Below are positions 55,157 to 64,000 of a stretch of DNA of 64,000 nt, piece by piece; positions within the stretch are counted from its first letter, which is position 1; each line of letters starts with the position of its first letter. Below the pieces are notes generated by a model. The model did no database searches, was not told where the DNA came from, and saw only the letters and a program-made list of their open reading frames with translations. The translations under genes and the position numbers were made by a program. The stretch comes from an uncultured Gemmatimonadales bacterium. Lineage in GTDB: Bacteria > Gemmatimonadota > Gemmatimonadetes > Gemmatimonadales > Gemmatimonadaceae. The stretch lies in contig CAWKNZ010000005.1 in NCBI GenBank assembly GCA_963851265.1, forward strand, positions 160,001 to 224,000. The letters run 5' to 3'.

Positions 55157-57829
55157 CTAGGCGTCCTCGCTCGCCCTCCGCTCCGTTCCGCCCTCCTCCG
55201 CGTTCCGCGCCCCCGGCGTCCGGTGGTGCTGTCCAACGGCCAGCGTGTCCCCATCGGCGAGCGCCGCGCTTTCGGTCGCGGCCTCCGCGGCGAGGTCTGC
55301 CCGCGGCACCACCGCCGGCAGCAGCGCGATCCGCAGCACCTCGTCCATCGCGGAGACGAACGTGAACGTGGTCCCCTCCCGGACCTCCGTCGGTACGTCG
55401 CGCAGGTCCTTCTCGTTCGCCTTCGGCAGGAGCACCTCGCGCAGCCCGGCGCGGTACGCGGCGAGCACCTTCTCCTTCACGCCGCCGATCTCCAGCACCT
55501 TCCCGCGCAGCGTCACCTCGCCGGTCATCGCGAGGTCGCGCCGCACCGGCCGGCGTGAGAGGACGCTCGCGATCGCCAGCGTGATCGCGATCCCCGCCGA
55601 CGGCCCGTCCTTGGGCACCGCCCCCGCCGGGAAGTGCACGTGGATGTCGTGCTCCTTGAACGCGCGGTCCTCGACTCCCAACGTGGTCGCGCGCGAACGC
55701 ACGTACGAGAGCGCCGCGTCGACGCTCTCGCGCATCACGTCGCCGAGTTGGCCGGTGACCGTGAGCTTGCCCGTGCCCGGCATGCGCAGCGCCTCGATCG
55801 ACATCAGGTCGCCCCCGGTGCTCGTCCAGGCGAGCCCCGTCACGACGCCGACCTCGGCGTCGCGCTCCGCCGCCTCGGCCGCGTAGCGCGGCGGTCCCAG
55901 CACCTCCTCGACCGCGGCATGGTCGAGCACCCACGCCGCCTCGTCCCCCTCGGCCTTGCGCCGCGCGCGCTTGCGCATGAGCGTCGCGAGGTTGCGGCCG
56001 AAGTTGCGAAGCCCCGCCTCGCGCGAGTAGCGGTTGGCGACGAACGAGAGGATCTCGTCGGTGAACACGATGTCGTGCTCGACGAGGCCGTGGTCGTCGA
56101 GCAGCTGCGGGATCGTGTAGCGCCACGCGATCTCGACCTTCTCCTCGACCGTGTAGCCCGCGATGCGGATCACCTCGAGCCGGTCGCGCAGGGGGCCCGG
56201 GATGTCGTACAGGTTGTTGGCCGTGCAGATGAACAGCACCTGCGACAGGTCGAACGGCAGGTTGAGGTAGTGGTCGACGAACGTCGAGTTCTGGTTGGGG
56301 TCGAGCACCTCGAGCATCGCCGCCGTCGGGTCGCCCGCCGGGCCCCCGCCGCTCATCTTGTCGATCTCGTCGATGAGGAACACCGGGTCCTTCACCGCGA
56401 CGCGCCGCATCGCCTGCACCAGCAGCCCCGGCATCGACCCCACGTAGGTACGCCGGTGGCCGCGGATCTCCGCCTCGTCGCGCACGCCGCCCACCGAGAT
56501 GCGGTAGAACTGCCGCCCGATCGCCTTCGCGATCACCTCGCCTAACGACGTCTTTCCCGTGCCCGGCGGGCCCGCGAAGCAGAGGATCGGGCCCGACGAG
56601 CGTCCCCCCTTGAGCTTGCGCACCGCGAGGTACTCGACGATCCGGTCCTTGGCCTCGCTCAGCCCGTAGTGCCGCTCGCCCAACGCGTCCTCGACCTTCC
56701 GCAGGTCGATCTCCGGCGGCTCGTCCGCGGCGTGCCACGGCAGCGCGAGCACCCAGTCGAGGTAGGTGCGCACCACCTGGTACTCGCTCGACGCGGTCGA
56801 GAGCATGCGCAGCCGCTCGACCTCGCGTCGCGCCTCGGCCGCGACGCGCTCGGGGAGGTTCGCGTCCTCGATGCGCTTGAGGATCTCGCTCGATTCCTTC
56901 TCGCCCGGGTCGGTCTCGCCCAACTCGGTCTGGATCGCGCGCAACTGCTGCCGCAGGTAGAACTCGCGGTGGTGCTGCTCGATCTTGATCTCGGTCTGCT
57001 TCTTCACCTGCTCCATCACCTGCGCGCGCCCCACTTCGCGCTCCAGCCGCGAGAGGATGAAGCGCAGCCGGTCGGCGACGTCGAGCTTCTGCAGCACCTC
57101 GTCCTTGTCGGCGATGCGCAGGTTCATGTTGGTCGCGGCGAGGTCGGCGAATCGCCCCGGGTCGCTCACGTTCATCCGGAGGATCGCGGGCACCTCGTCC
57201 GGGATCCGCTCCACGAGCGTCGAGAGCGTCTCGGCCGCCGACACCACACGCGTCACGAGTTCGTCGACCGCCGTACGCGAGGCCTCAGCGCCGATCGCCT
57301 CCGCGCCGGTGGATTCCGCGTCGGTCGAGTCGGCGCCGGTCGCGCCCGCTCCGGTCGCGCCCGCGCCGGTCGCGGCCGCGCCGGTCGCGTCCGCGCCGGT
57401 CCCGTCCGCGCCGGTCCCGTCCGGGTCCTCGTCCGGCGCCAGCAGGTCGTACGCCGGCGACACGCGCGCGATCGGATAGGGCGTCACCTGCTCGACCGCG
57501 TCGATGCGGATGCGGCGCAGCCCCTGCAGCGTGATCTGCACCGTGTCGCCGGGCAGGTTGATGCGTTCGTGCACGCGCGCGGCCACGCCGATCCGACCGA
57601 GGAAGCGCTCGTTGTCGATCGGCTCCTCGTATTCGCCGTGCGCGACGACGAGAGCGACGATCTCGCCCGGCGCGTCGTGCGCGCGCAGTAGTGCGAGGTT
57701 CTCCGGCGCGCCCATCTGCACGGCGATCGTGCCGAGTGGGTAGACGATCGTCGAGCGCAGCGCCATGAGCGGCAGCGTCGGCGGCAGTTCGGAGTGCAGG
57801 ATCTCGTCCTTGCGCTGTGATCGGGCCAT
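55157..57829 (-). CDS. lon: ATP-dependent protease La (copy 2)
   Basis: [34 protein letters not shown]. Confidence 0.94.
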   Translation of the reverse strand: MARSQRKDEILHSELPPTLPLMALRSTIVYPLGTIAVQMGAPENLALLRAHDAPGEIVALVVAHGEYEEPIDNERFLGRIGVAARVHERINLPGDTVQITLQGLRRIRIDAVEQVTPYPIARVSPAYDLLAPDEDPDGTGADGTGADATGAAATGAGATGAGATGADSTDAESTGAEAIGAEASRTAVDELVTRVVSAAETLSTLVERIPDEVPAILRMNVSDPGRFADLAATNMNLRIADKDEVLQKLDVADRLRFILSRLEREVGRAQVMEQVKKQTEIKIEQHHREFYLRQQLRAIQTELGETDPGEKESSEILKRIEDANLPERVAAEARREVERLRMLSTASSEYQVVRTYLDWVLALPWHAADEPPEIDLRKVEDALGERHYGLSEAKDRIVEYLAVRKLKGGRSSGPILCFAGPPGTGKTSLGEVIAKAIGRQFYRISVGGVRDEAEIRGHRRTYVGSMPGLLVQAMRRVAVKDPVFLIDEIDKMSGGGPAGDPTAAMLEVLDPNQNSTFVDHYLNLPFDLSQVLFICTANNLYDIPGPLRDRLEVIRIAGYTVEEKVEIAWRYTIPQLLDDHGLVEHDIVFTDEILSFVANRYSREAGLRNFGRNLATLMRKRARRKAEGDEAAWVLDHAAVEEVLGPPRYAAEAAERDAEVGVVTGLAWTSTGGDLMSIEALRMPGTGKLTVTGQLGDVMRESVDAALSYVRSRATTLGVEDRAFKEHDIHVHFPAGAVPKDGPSAGIAITLAIASVLSRRPVRRDLAMTGEVTLRGKVLEIGGVKEKVLAAYRAGLREVLLPKANEKDLRDVPTEVREGTTFTFVSAMDEVLRIALLPAVVPRADLAAEAATESAALADGDTLAVGQHHRTPGARNAEEGGTERRASEDA
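57284..57418. repeat. Nine degenerate 15-nt tandem repeats inside lon copy 2
   Basis: Units like GTCCGCGCCGGTCGC encoding [45 protein letters not shown]. Confidence 0.85.
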
Positions 57830-58217
57830 GCGACGGGAACGGTGGTGCGGGACGGGGCAGCGTGCGGCTGCCGCAATTTGGCACCGTTCACCGGCCGTGT
57901 GCGACTTGCCCCGCAGCCGCGGCGCGCCCCGCGGCGGAACGTGCGCTGTGGCGTCGCGCGCGCGTTGGGCCGAGACCCGGTAGCACTGCGTCGCCACGTC
58001 GGGCGTTCGGTGTGGCTTGCTCCTCAAACGACGCGTCGGTACACTCGCCGTCTGCGGCAGGTGACCACGGCGATCGGGGTCGCCGGCGTGATCGGCGCCA
58101 TGTGGGCGCTCGCGCCGTTCGTCCGCCGCGTGAGCGCCTGCGTGGCCCGCGCCGGTCCGGGGCGCCAAACCCGCTCCGTTGTAGAAGTGTAAGCGGCACC
58201 ATAGTTTACACCGCCTT

Positions 58218-59567
58218 ATGTTCGACGAGCTGACCGACAAACTCGAGCAGACCTTCGCCCGCCTACGCGGCAAGGGCACGCTCACCGACGCCGACATCAA
58301 GGAAGGGCTGCGCGAGGTCCGACGCGTCCTCCTCGAGGCCGACGTGAACTTCCAGCTCACGCGCGAGTTTCTCGAGCGCGTCGAGCAGGCGGCCGTCGGC
58401 GTCGCGCAGCTCAAGGGCGTCAACCCCGCCCAGCAGCTCGTCAAGATCGTCTATGACGAGCTGCGCAAGATGCTCGGTGAGCAGCGCGAGGGGCTCAAGC
58501 TGAGCACCATCCCGCCGACCGTCGTGATGATGGTCGGGCTGCAAGGCTCGGGCAAGACGACCACCGCGGGCAAGCTCGCGCGCAAGCTCAAGATGGAGGG
58601 GCGGCAGACCAGCCTCGTCGCCGGCGACGTGTACCGCCCCGCGGCCATCGACCAGCTCGAGACCGTGGGCAAGCAGGTGGGCGCGCAGGTGTACGCCAAC
58701 CGCGGCACGCAGGACGTCGTGCGAATCGCGCGCGAGGGGATCGAGCAGGCCAAGCGCGACCGCGACCGCGTCGTGATCGTCGACACCGCCGGCCGGCTGC
58801 AGATCGACGCCGAGCTGATGGACGAGCTCCGGCGCGTCAAGGCGGCCGTGCAGCCCACCGAGATCCTCTTCGTCGCCGACGGGATGACGGGGCAGGAGGC
58901 GGTGCGCATCGCGCAGGGCTTCGACGAGGCGTTAGGCGTCACCGGCGTGATCCTCACCAAGATGGACGGCGACGCCCGCGGCGGAGCGGCGCTCTCCATC
59001 TACGGCGTCATCAAGAAGCCGATCAAGTACGTCGGCGTCGGCGAGAAGCTCGACGCGCTCGAGGACTTCCACCCGGACCGCATGGCCGGCCGGATCCTCC
59101 AGCAGGGCGACGTGCTCACCCTGGTCGAGAAGGCGCAGGCCGTCTTCGACCAGGACGAAGCGAAGCGGATGGAGAAGAAGGTCCGGAAGGAGGGCATGGA
59201 CCTCGAGGACTTCCTCACCGCGATGAAGCAGATGCAGAAGCTCGGGCCGCTGGAGAACCTGCTCAAGCTGCTGCCGGGGGTGAACTCGGCGATGCTCAAG
59301 CAGATCAAGATCGACCCCAAGCGCATGAAGCACGTCGAGGCGATCATCCTCTCGATGACGCCCAAGGAGCGCAAGAAGCCCGACCTCATCAACGGGTCGC
59401 GGCGGCTGCGCATCGCGAAGGGCTGCGGACGGCCGGTGCAGGAGGTCAACGCCCTGCTCGACCAGTTCCGCCAGATGCAGAAGATGATGAAGAAGATGTC
59501 CGGGGGCCCGGGCGGACGCCCGCCGCAGCTCCCGGGCATGCCGCGGATGCCGTTCGGCCCGCGGTAG
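58218..59567 (+). CDS. ffh: Signal recognition particle protein
   Basis: [19 protein letters not shown], Met-rich M domain. Confidence 0.97.
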   Translation: MFDELTDKLEQTFARLRGKGTLTDADIKEGLREVRRVLLEADVNFQLTREFLERVEQAAVGVAQLKGVNPAQQLVKIVYDELRKMLGEQREGLKLSTIPPTVVMMVGLQGSGKTTTAGKLARKLKMEGRQTSLVAGDVYRPAAIDQLETVGKQVGAQVYANRGTQDVVRIAREGIEQAKRDRDRVVIVDTAGRLQIDAELMDELRRVKAAVQPTEILFVADGMTGQEAVRIAQGFDEALGVTGVILTKMDGDARGGAALSIYGVIKKPIKYVGVGEKLDALEDFHPDRMAGRILQQGDVLTLVEKAQAVFDQDEAKRMEKKVRKEGMDLEDFLTAMKQMQKLGPLENLLKLLPGVNSAMLKQIKIDPKRMKHVEAIILSMTPKERKKPDLINGSRRLRIAKGCGRPVQEVNALLDQFRQMQKMMKKMSGGPGGRPPQLPGMPRMPFGPR

Positions 59568-59668
59568 TTCGCGCCGTTCGGCGCATCGCGCCGGGTGCGC
59601 GCCGGAACCGCCGGCGTCGCGAGGAACCCGCGCGCTCGTTCGACCGCTCTCCTACCAGCACACTACCG

Positions 59669-60055
59669 ATGGTCCGTATCCGCCTCCGCCGCGTCGGCCG
59701 CAAGAAGGCCCCCGCCTACCGCATCGTCATCGCCGACAGCAAGAGCCCGCGTGACGGCAAGTTCATCGAGATCATCGGCCAGTACGCGCCGCGGTCGAGC
59801 GACGAACAGAAGATCAACATCGACGTGGCGCGCGCCACACACTGGCTCTCCGTCGGCGCGCAACCGTCCGACACCGTGCGCTCCATCCTCCGCCGCGCCG
59901 GCGTGCTGAAGGCGATGCACGAGGACCGCCTCGCCCGCGGACGCCAGGCGAGCGCGGTCGCGCTCCCCGACGCGCCGGTGACCGCGCCCGCCGCGGCGCC
60001 GGCCGGCACCGACGCGTCGCCGACGGCGGACGCGTCGGCCTCCGTGGAGGCGTGA
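59669..60055 (+). CDS. rpsP: 30S ribosomal protein S16
   Basis: [10 protein letters not shown]...SPRDGKFIE...GAQPSDTV. Confidence 0.96.
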   Translation: MVRIRLRRVGRKKAPAYRIVIADSKSPRDGKFIEIIGQYAPRSSDEQKINIDVARATHWLSVGAQPSDTVRSILRRAGVLKAMHEDRLARGRQASAVALPDAPVTAPAAAPAGTDASPTADASASVEA

Positions 60056-60636
60056 CGGCCACACGGCCGATGGACGACCTCGCGCTCGTGGGAGTCGTGC
60101 GCCGCGCGCACGGCCTCCGCGGCGAGCTCGCGGTCGAACTGTTCACCGACGCGCCGGACGCGGTCTTCGCGTCCGGCCGTCGCGTGTTCGGGGGGACGCC
60201 CGAGGGACGCGTGCTCACCGCCGACCGGCGCCTCGGCGGCCCGCCACTCACCCTGACGGTGCGCCACACCACGCCGTTCAAGGGCGGCCTGATCGTCAGC
60301 TTCGACGAGATCGCCGACCGCACGACCGCCGACGCGTGGCGCGAGCGAGCGCTGCTCGTGCCCTATGCCGAACTCCCGCCGCCGGCCGACGACGAGGTGT
60401 ATCTGCACGAGCTCGTCGGGATGCGCGTCGTGCACCAGCAGGGCGGGGAGGTGGGCGAGGTGATCGACCTCATCGAACTGCCGCAGGGGCTCGCACTCGA
60501 CGTGCGCCTCGCCGGCACACCCGATGGCGCGAAGCCGCGCACGGCATATCTCCCCTACCGCCCCGAGATGATCGTCGAGGTGGACGTCCCCGCGCGCACG
60601 ATCACGATCGACCCGCCGGAGGGGCTGTTCGAGTAA
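60052..60636 (+). CDS. rimM: Ribosome maturation factor RimM
   Basis: [21 protein letters not shown]; operon position. Confidence 0.9.
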   Translation: MTATRPMDDLALVGVVRRAHGLRGELAVELFTDAPDAVFASGRRVFGGTPEGRVLTADRRLGGPPLTLTVRHTTPFKGGLIVSFDEIADRTTADAWRERALLVPYAELPPPADDEVYLHELVGMRVVHQQGGEVGEVIDLIELPQGLALDVRLAGTPDGAKPRTAYLPYRPEMIVEVDVPARTITIDPPEGLFE

Positions 60637-60654
60637 GTCTGTCGTCACGCGACC

Positions 60655-60720
60655 GTGGACCCCCGCTTCCGCTGGGGTGACACTGATCCTGCCGTCGCCC
60701 TCGCGGAAGCGGGGGTCCAC
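60655..60720. repeat. REP-like inverted repeat pair
   Basis: GTGGACCCCCGCTTCCGCTGGGGTGAC-12 nt-GTCGCCCTCGCGGAAGCGGGGGTCCAC; 27-bp arms, 3 mismatches. Confidence 0.75.
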
Positions 60721-60742
60721 CTTTCATCGGCGATCCGGTTCG

Positions 60743-61603
60743 GTGCTCCGCGTCAACGTCGTCACGATTTTCCCGCAGTTCTTCGAGGGCCCGCTCTCGC
60801 TCAGCATCCCGGCGCGTGCACGCGCGGCGGGGAGCGTCGAGTACCACGTCGTCGACCTGCGCGATTTCACACACGACCGTCACCGGTCGGTGGACGACTA
60901 CCCGTACGGCGGCGGCCCGGGCATGGTGATGCGGCCCGGGCCGTTCTTCGAGGCCGTCGCCCACCTGCGGGGCGCCGGGTCGGTCGCCGACGAACCGGGG
61001 GAACGCGCGCCGGTGGTGCTGCTGTCGCCGCGCGGAAAGCCGTTCGAGCAGGCGGACGCGCTGCGCTACGCCGCGGGCCGCGAGCTGACGCTGCTCTGCG
61101 GCCACTACAAGGATGTCGATCAGCGCGTCGCCGACCACCTCGCGACCGAGGAACTCTCGCTCGGCGACTTCGTGTTGAGCGGCGGCGAACCGGCCGCGCT
61201 CGCCGTGATCGACGCCGTCGTCCGCCTGCTGCCGGGTGCGATGTCGGACCACGACTCGGCATATGGCGACTCGTTCTACGGGCGCGGTCTGTCGGCGCCG
61301 AGCTACACGAGGCCGCCCGAGTACGCGGGGCACGCGGTGCCGCCCGTGCTGCTCTCGGGCGACCATGCGAAGATCGCCCAGTGGCGCGAGTGGGAGGGGC
61401 GCCGCCTGACGGCGCGCCGCGCGGGGCTGCCCGAGCCCGTGCCCGACGCGCCGCGCTCACGCAGGCCGCGCCGTCGCGCCGTCGCGCCGCCCGACACGCG
61501 GCCGCCCGATACTGCGGCGGTCGATGCGGCGCCGCCCGATTCGGCGCCGGTCGATCCGGCGCTGGTGGATCAGTCGTCCGCGGGTGAGCCGCGGTCGGTA
61601 TAG
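60743..61603 (+). CDS. trmD: tRNA (guanine-N1)-methyltransferase with repetitive C-terminal tail
   Basis: VDDYPYGGGPGMV, LSPRG, GDFVLSGGE, YTRP, VLLSGDH. Confidence 0.95.
   Translation: MLRVNVVTIFPQFFEGPLSLSIPARARAAGSVEYHVVDLRDFTHDRHRSVDDYPYGGGPGMVMRPGPFFEAVAHLRGAGSVADEPGERAPVVLLSPRGKPFEQADALRYAAGRELTLLCGHYKDVDQRVADHLATEELSLGDFVLSGGEPAALAVIDAVVRLLPGAMSDHDSAYGDSFYGRGLSAPSYTRPPEYAGHAVPPVLLSGDHAKIAQWREWEGRRLTARRAGLPEPVPDAPRSRRPRRRAVAPPDTRPPDTAAVDAAPPDSAPVDPALVDQSSAGEPRSV
61484..61573 (+). repeat. Six 15-nt tandem repeats in the trmD 3' extension
   Basis: Encodes APPDT RPPDT AAVDA APPDS APVDP ALVDQ. Confidence 0.8.
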
Positions 61604-61674
61604 CTTCTCGCTCTGCCGGCGTTCGCCGCCGGCGCGCGTCTCTCCAGCACGTCCTCCCGCCAACACCTCTTCGT

Positions 61675-63354
61675 ATGCTCCGGCGCCCGCGTACGGCCCT
61701 GGCCCTCACCGCCACGCTCGCGAGCGCTGCGGTGTTCGTCGCCTGCCACGACGACGCGGTGAGCCCGCGTGCCACGCCCAACACCAGCGCGACCGCTTCG
61801 GCCGCCGCCCCCGCCCCGGACGTTGCGACCGGCGAGGTCGTCCCCGGCCAGTACGTCGTGCTCTTCCGGCGCGAGCGGGTGGCGATGAGTCCGTACACGG
61901 CGGAGCAGCTGAGCGCGCGCAAGCTCGGCGGGCGGCCGGCCGCGCTGCGCCGCACCTTCACGCACGTCGTCCAGGGCTTCGCGGCCCGCCTCACCGACTC
62001 GGCCGTCACCGCGCTCCGCGCCGATCCGGACGTCGCGCTGGTCGCGCCCGACCCGGTCGTGCACGCGACCGCGGGGCAGGTCGAGACGGGCAGCCCGTGG
62101 GGCCTCGACCGCATCGACCAGATGTGGCTGACGCTCGACGGGCAGTACCACTACACCGCCACCGGGGCGGGAACGTCGGTCTACATCGTCGACACCGGGA
62201 TCAACCTGTCGCACGTCGAGTTCGGCGGAAGGGCCGTCACGGGGATCGACTACGTGACCGCCGGGGGCACGGCCACCGACTGCAACGGCCACGGCACGCA
62301 CGTGGCGGGCATCGTCGGCGGGGCGACGTACGGCGTGGCCAAGGGTGCGCGGCTCGTCGCCGTGCGCGTGCTGGACTGTTCGGGCAGTGGCGACGGCTCG
62401 ACGGTGATCGCCGGCCTCGACTGGGTGGCGCAGCAGAAGCTGGCGAACCCGGGCACGCCGATGGTCGTCAACATGAGCCTGGGCGGCGGCGCGGCACCGG
62501 TGATCGACTCGGCGGTGGCGCGCACCGTGGCGGCCGGCGTCACCGTCGTCGTCGCGGCCGGGAACTCGGCGGCCGACGCGTGCGCCACGTCGCCCGCTCG
62601 CGCGCCCGACGCGATCACCGTCGCGGCCACCGACGCGTCGGACAACTTCGCGAGCTTCTCGAACTACGGCACGTGCGTCGACCTCGCCGCCCCGGGGGTG
62701 AGCATTCTCAGCGCCTACGCCGGGAGCACGACGGCGAGCGCGTACCTGAGTGGCACGTCGATGGCGTCGCCGCACGTGGCCGGCGCGGCCGCGCTGTACC
62801 TGTCGACGAACCCGGCGGCGACGCCGGCGCAGGTTACCGGCGCGCTCACGAGCAACGCCGTCGGCGGCCCGATCCAGGGACTGCCCGCGAACACCACCTC
62901 GCGCCTGCTCGACGTGGAGTTCCTGGCCGGGAAGACGGCAGTTCCCGGCGTCGCCAGCACGATCCGGAGCGCCGCGTGGCCGCAGTGTGTGGACGTCCCC
63001 TCGGGCGCGCGCACCAACGGAACGACGCTGCAGAGTTGGAGCTGCTACGGCGGGAGCAATCAGCAGTTCGTCGTGCCCGCGCCTGGGACGACGGGCCCAA
63101 TCCACAGCGCGAGCGGGCTCTGCCTGGATGCCCTGAGCGGCGGGTCGCAGAATGGCGAGGTGGTCGGGCTGTGGGCGTGCAACGGGTGGGTGCACCAGCA
63201 GTGGACCGTGACGACGAACGGGCAGATCAGGGACGCGGCGACCGGCCTGTGCCTCGATCTCGACAGTGGCGGCCGGGGCGCCAACGCCTCGCGGATGCAG
63301 CTCTGGACGTGCTACGGCAGCAGCAACCAGACGTGGGTCACGGCGAGTCAATGA
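61675..63354 (+). CDS. Lipoprotein S8 (proteinase K/aqualysin-like) serine protease with propeptide and C-terminal ricin-B lectin domain
   Basis: VFVAC lipobox, WGLDRID, DTG, HGTHVAG, AAGN, GTSMASPHVAG; CVDV/CLDA/CLDL repeats with QQF/QQW/QTW. Confidence 0.9.
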   Translation: MLRRPRTALALTATLASAAVFVACHDDAVSPRATPNTSATASAAAPAPDVATGEVVPGQYVVLFRRERVAMSPYTAEQLSARKLGGRPAALRRTFTHVVQGFAARLTDSAVTALRADPDVALVAPDPVVHATAGQVETGSPWGLDRIDQMWLTLDGQYHYTATGAGTSVYIVDTGINLSHVEFGGRAVTGIDYVTAGGTATDCNGHGTHVAGIVGGATYGVAKGARLVAVRVLDCSGSGDGSTVIAGLDWVAQQKLANPGTPMVVNMSLGGGAAPVIDSAVARTVAAGVTVVVAAGNSAADACATSPARAPDAITVAATDASDNFASFSNYGTCVDLAAPGVSILSAYAGSTTASAYLSGTSMASPHVAGAAALYLSTNPAATPAQVTGALTSNAVGGPIQGLPANTTSRLLDVEFLAGKTAVPGVASTIRSAAWPQCVDVPSGARTNGTTLQSWSCYGGSNQQFVVPAPGTTGPIHSASGLCLDALSGGSQNGEVVGLWACNGWVHQQWTVTTNGQIRDAATGLCLDLDSGGRGANASRMQLWTCYGSSNQTWVTASQ

Positions 63355-63537
63355 GCGGCGCGTCGCGCGCGGCCGGTCACCAGCTAGCGTGCGATGTCAC
63401 AAGCAGTTACGTTGCCGAGTTCCACGCGCTTGCACACACGACCCGTCGGGCGCGACGATCCTTGAGGCAGGCAGGCGCCGGTTGCGTGTGACCGGCCGGC
63501 CGGCCCCGCGCACCCCTCTCCGCCCGGAGATCGCCAT

Positions 63538-63954
63538 ATGCATCCGTTCATCGAAACTCAGAAGGAGTGGCTCCGCACCGTCCCCCCGTTCCGCGCCGGC
63601 GACACGCTGCGCGTGAACGTTCGCGTGAAGGAGGGCGAGAAGGAGCGCCTGCAGGCGTTCGAGGGGGTCTGCATCGCGCGTCGGGGCAGCGGCGTGAGCG
63701 CGACGTTCACGGTCCGTAAGATCTCGAACGGCGTGGGCGTCGAGCGCATCTTCCCGCTCCACAGCCCGATGCTCGGCGACATCACGGTGGTCCGCCGCGG
63801 CCTCGTGCGCCGCGCGAAGCTGTACTACCTGCGCAACGTGACGGGCAAGGCGGCGCGCATCCGCGAGCGCAAGGTCGTCAAGGGTGCCCGCTCGGGTTCG
63901 GCGGCGAGCGCCGCAGCGGCCGCGCCGACGCAGCCGCAGACGTCGCAGTCGTAA
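63538..63954 (+). CDS. rplS: 50S ribosomal protein L19
   Basis: [34 protein letters not shown]. Confidence 0.97.
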   Translation: MHPFIETQKEWLRTVPPFRAGDTLRVNVRVKEGEKERLQAFEGVCIARRGSGVSATFTVRKISNGVGVERIFPLHSPMLGDITVVRRGLVRRAKLYYLRNVTGKAARIRERKVVKGARSGSAASAAAAAPTQPQTSQS

Positions 63955-64000
63955 TGGCCGCGCGCGGCGTCCGGGCCGAGCGCCCGGGCGGCCTGCGCTG

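Noticed and set aside
57284..57418. Tandem repeats as a CRISPR array
   Set aside because: Units are 15 nt, degenerate, spacer-less and in frame within lon; no cas genes.
58010..58192. Small hydrophobic ORF (…[18 protein letters not shown]…) between lon copy 2 and ffh
   Set aside because: No clear start or family motif; cannot be told from chance.
63954..64000. Start of a gene after rplS (rnhB would fit by synteny)
   Set aside because: Only about 15 codons are visible, with no diagnostic residues.

Overview
This is very GC-rich bacterial chromosomal DNA (roughly three-quarters G+C by eye), mostly housekeeping genes. Gene content and order suggest Gemmatimonadota (inference). In order: modB-modC-moeB/Z, moaC, dtd-maf, two LPS-core genes, an FHA-GAF adenylate cyclase, trpE, an outer-membrane protein/GspE-PilB ATPase/NUDIX/ClC block, tig-clpP-clpX-lon-engB, a crtB-cruF-crtI carotenoid cluster beside tRNA-Leu(TAG), dnaK-degP, a rhomboid protease, a phosphate locus (ppk1, SusC/SusD-like pair, udk-phoB-phoR-ppx), add-punA, an M48 peptidase, trmH-pilD-HExxH lipoprotein-DUF445, a second lon, and ffh-rpsP-rimM-trmD-(subtilase/ricin)-rplS. 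I saw no CRISPR array, transposase, integrase or prophage. The most striking unexplained signal is a non-palindromic octamer, CGTTAGGC/GCCTAACG. I counted 24 copies by eye, on both strands, in several reading frames, at stop codons and between genes, where it forces otherwise rare TTA/AGG codons. It is a candidate DNA-uptake or HIP1-like genome signature. Other notable items are an internally deleted TonB receptor with a palindromic operator, a DUF47-like remnant upstream of ppk1, a +1 frameshift in the SusC-like gene and an atypical ClC selectivity motif. All product calls come from motif recognition, not database searches.
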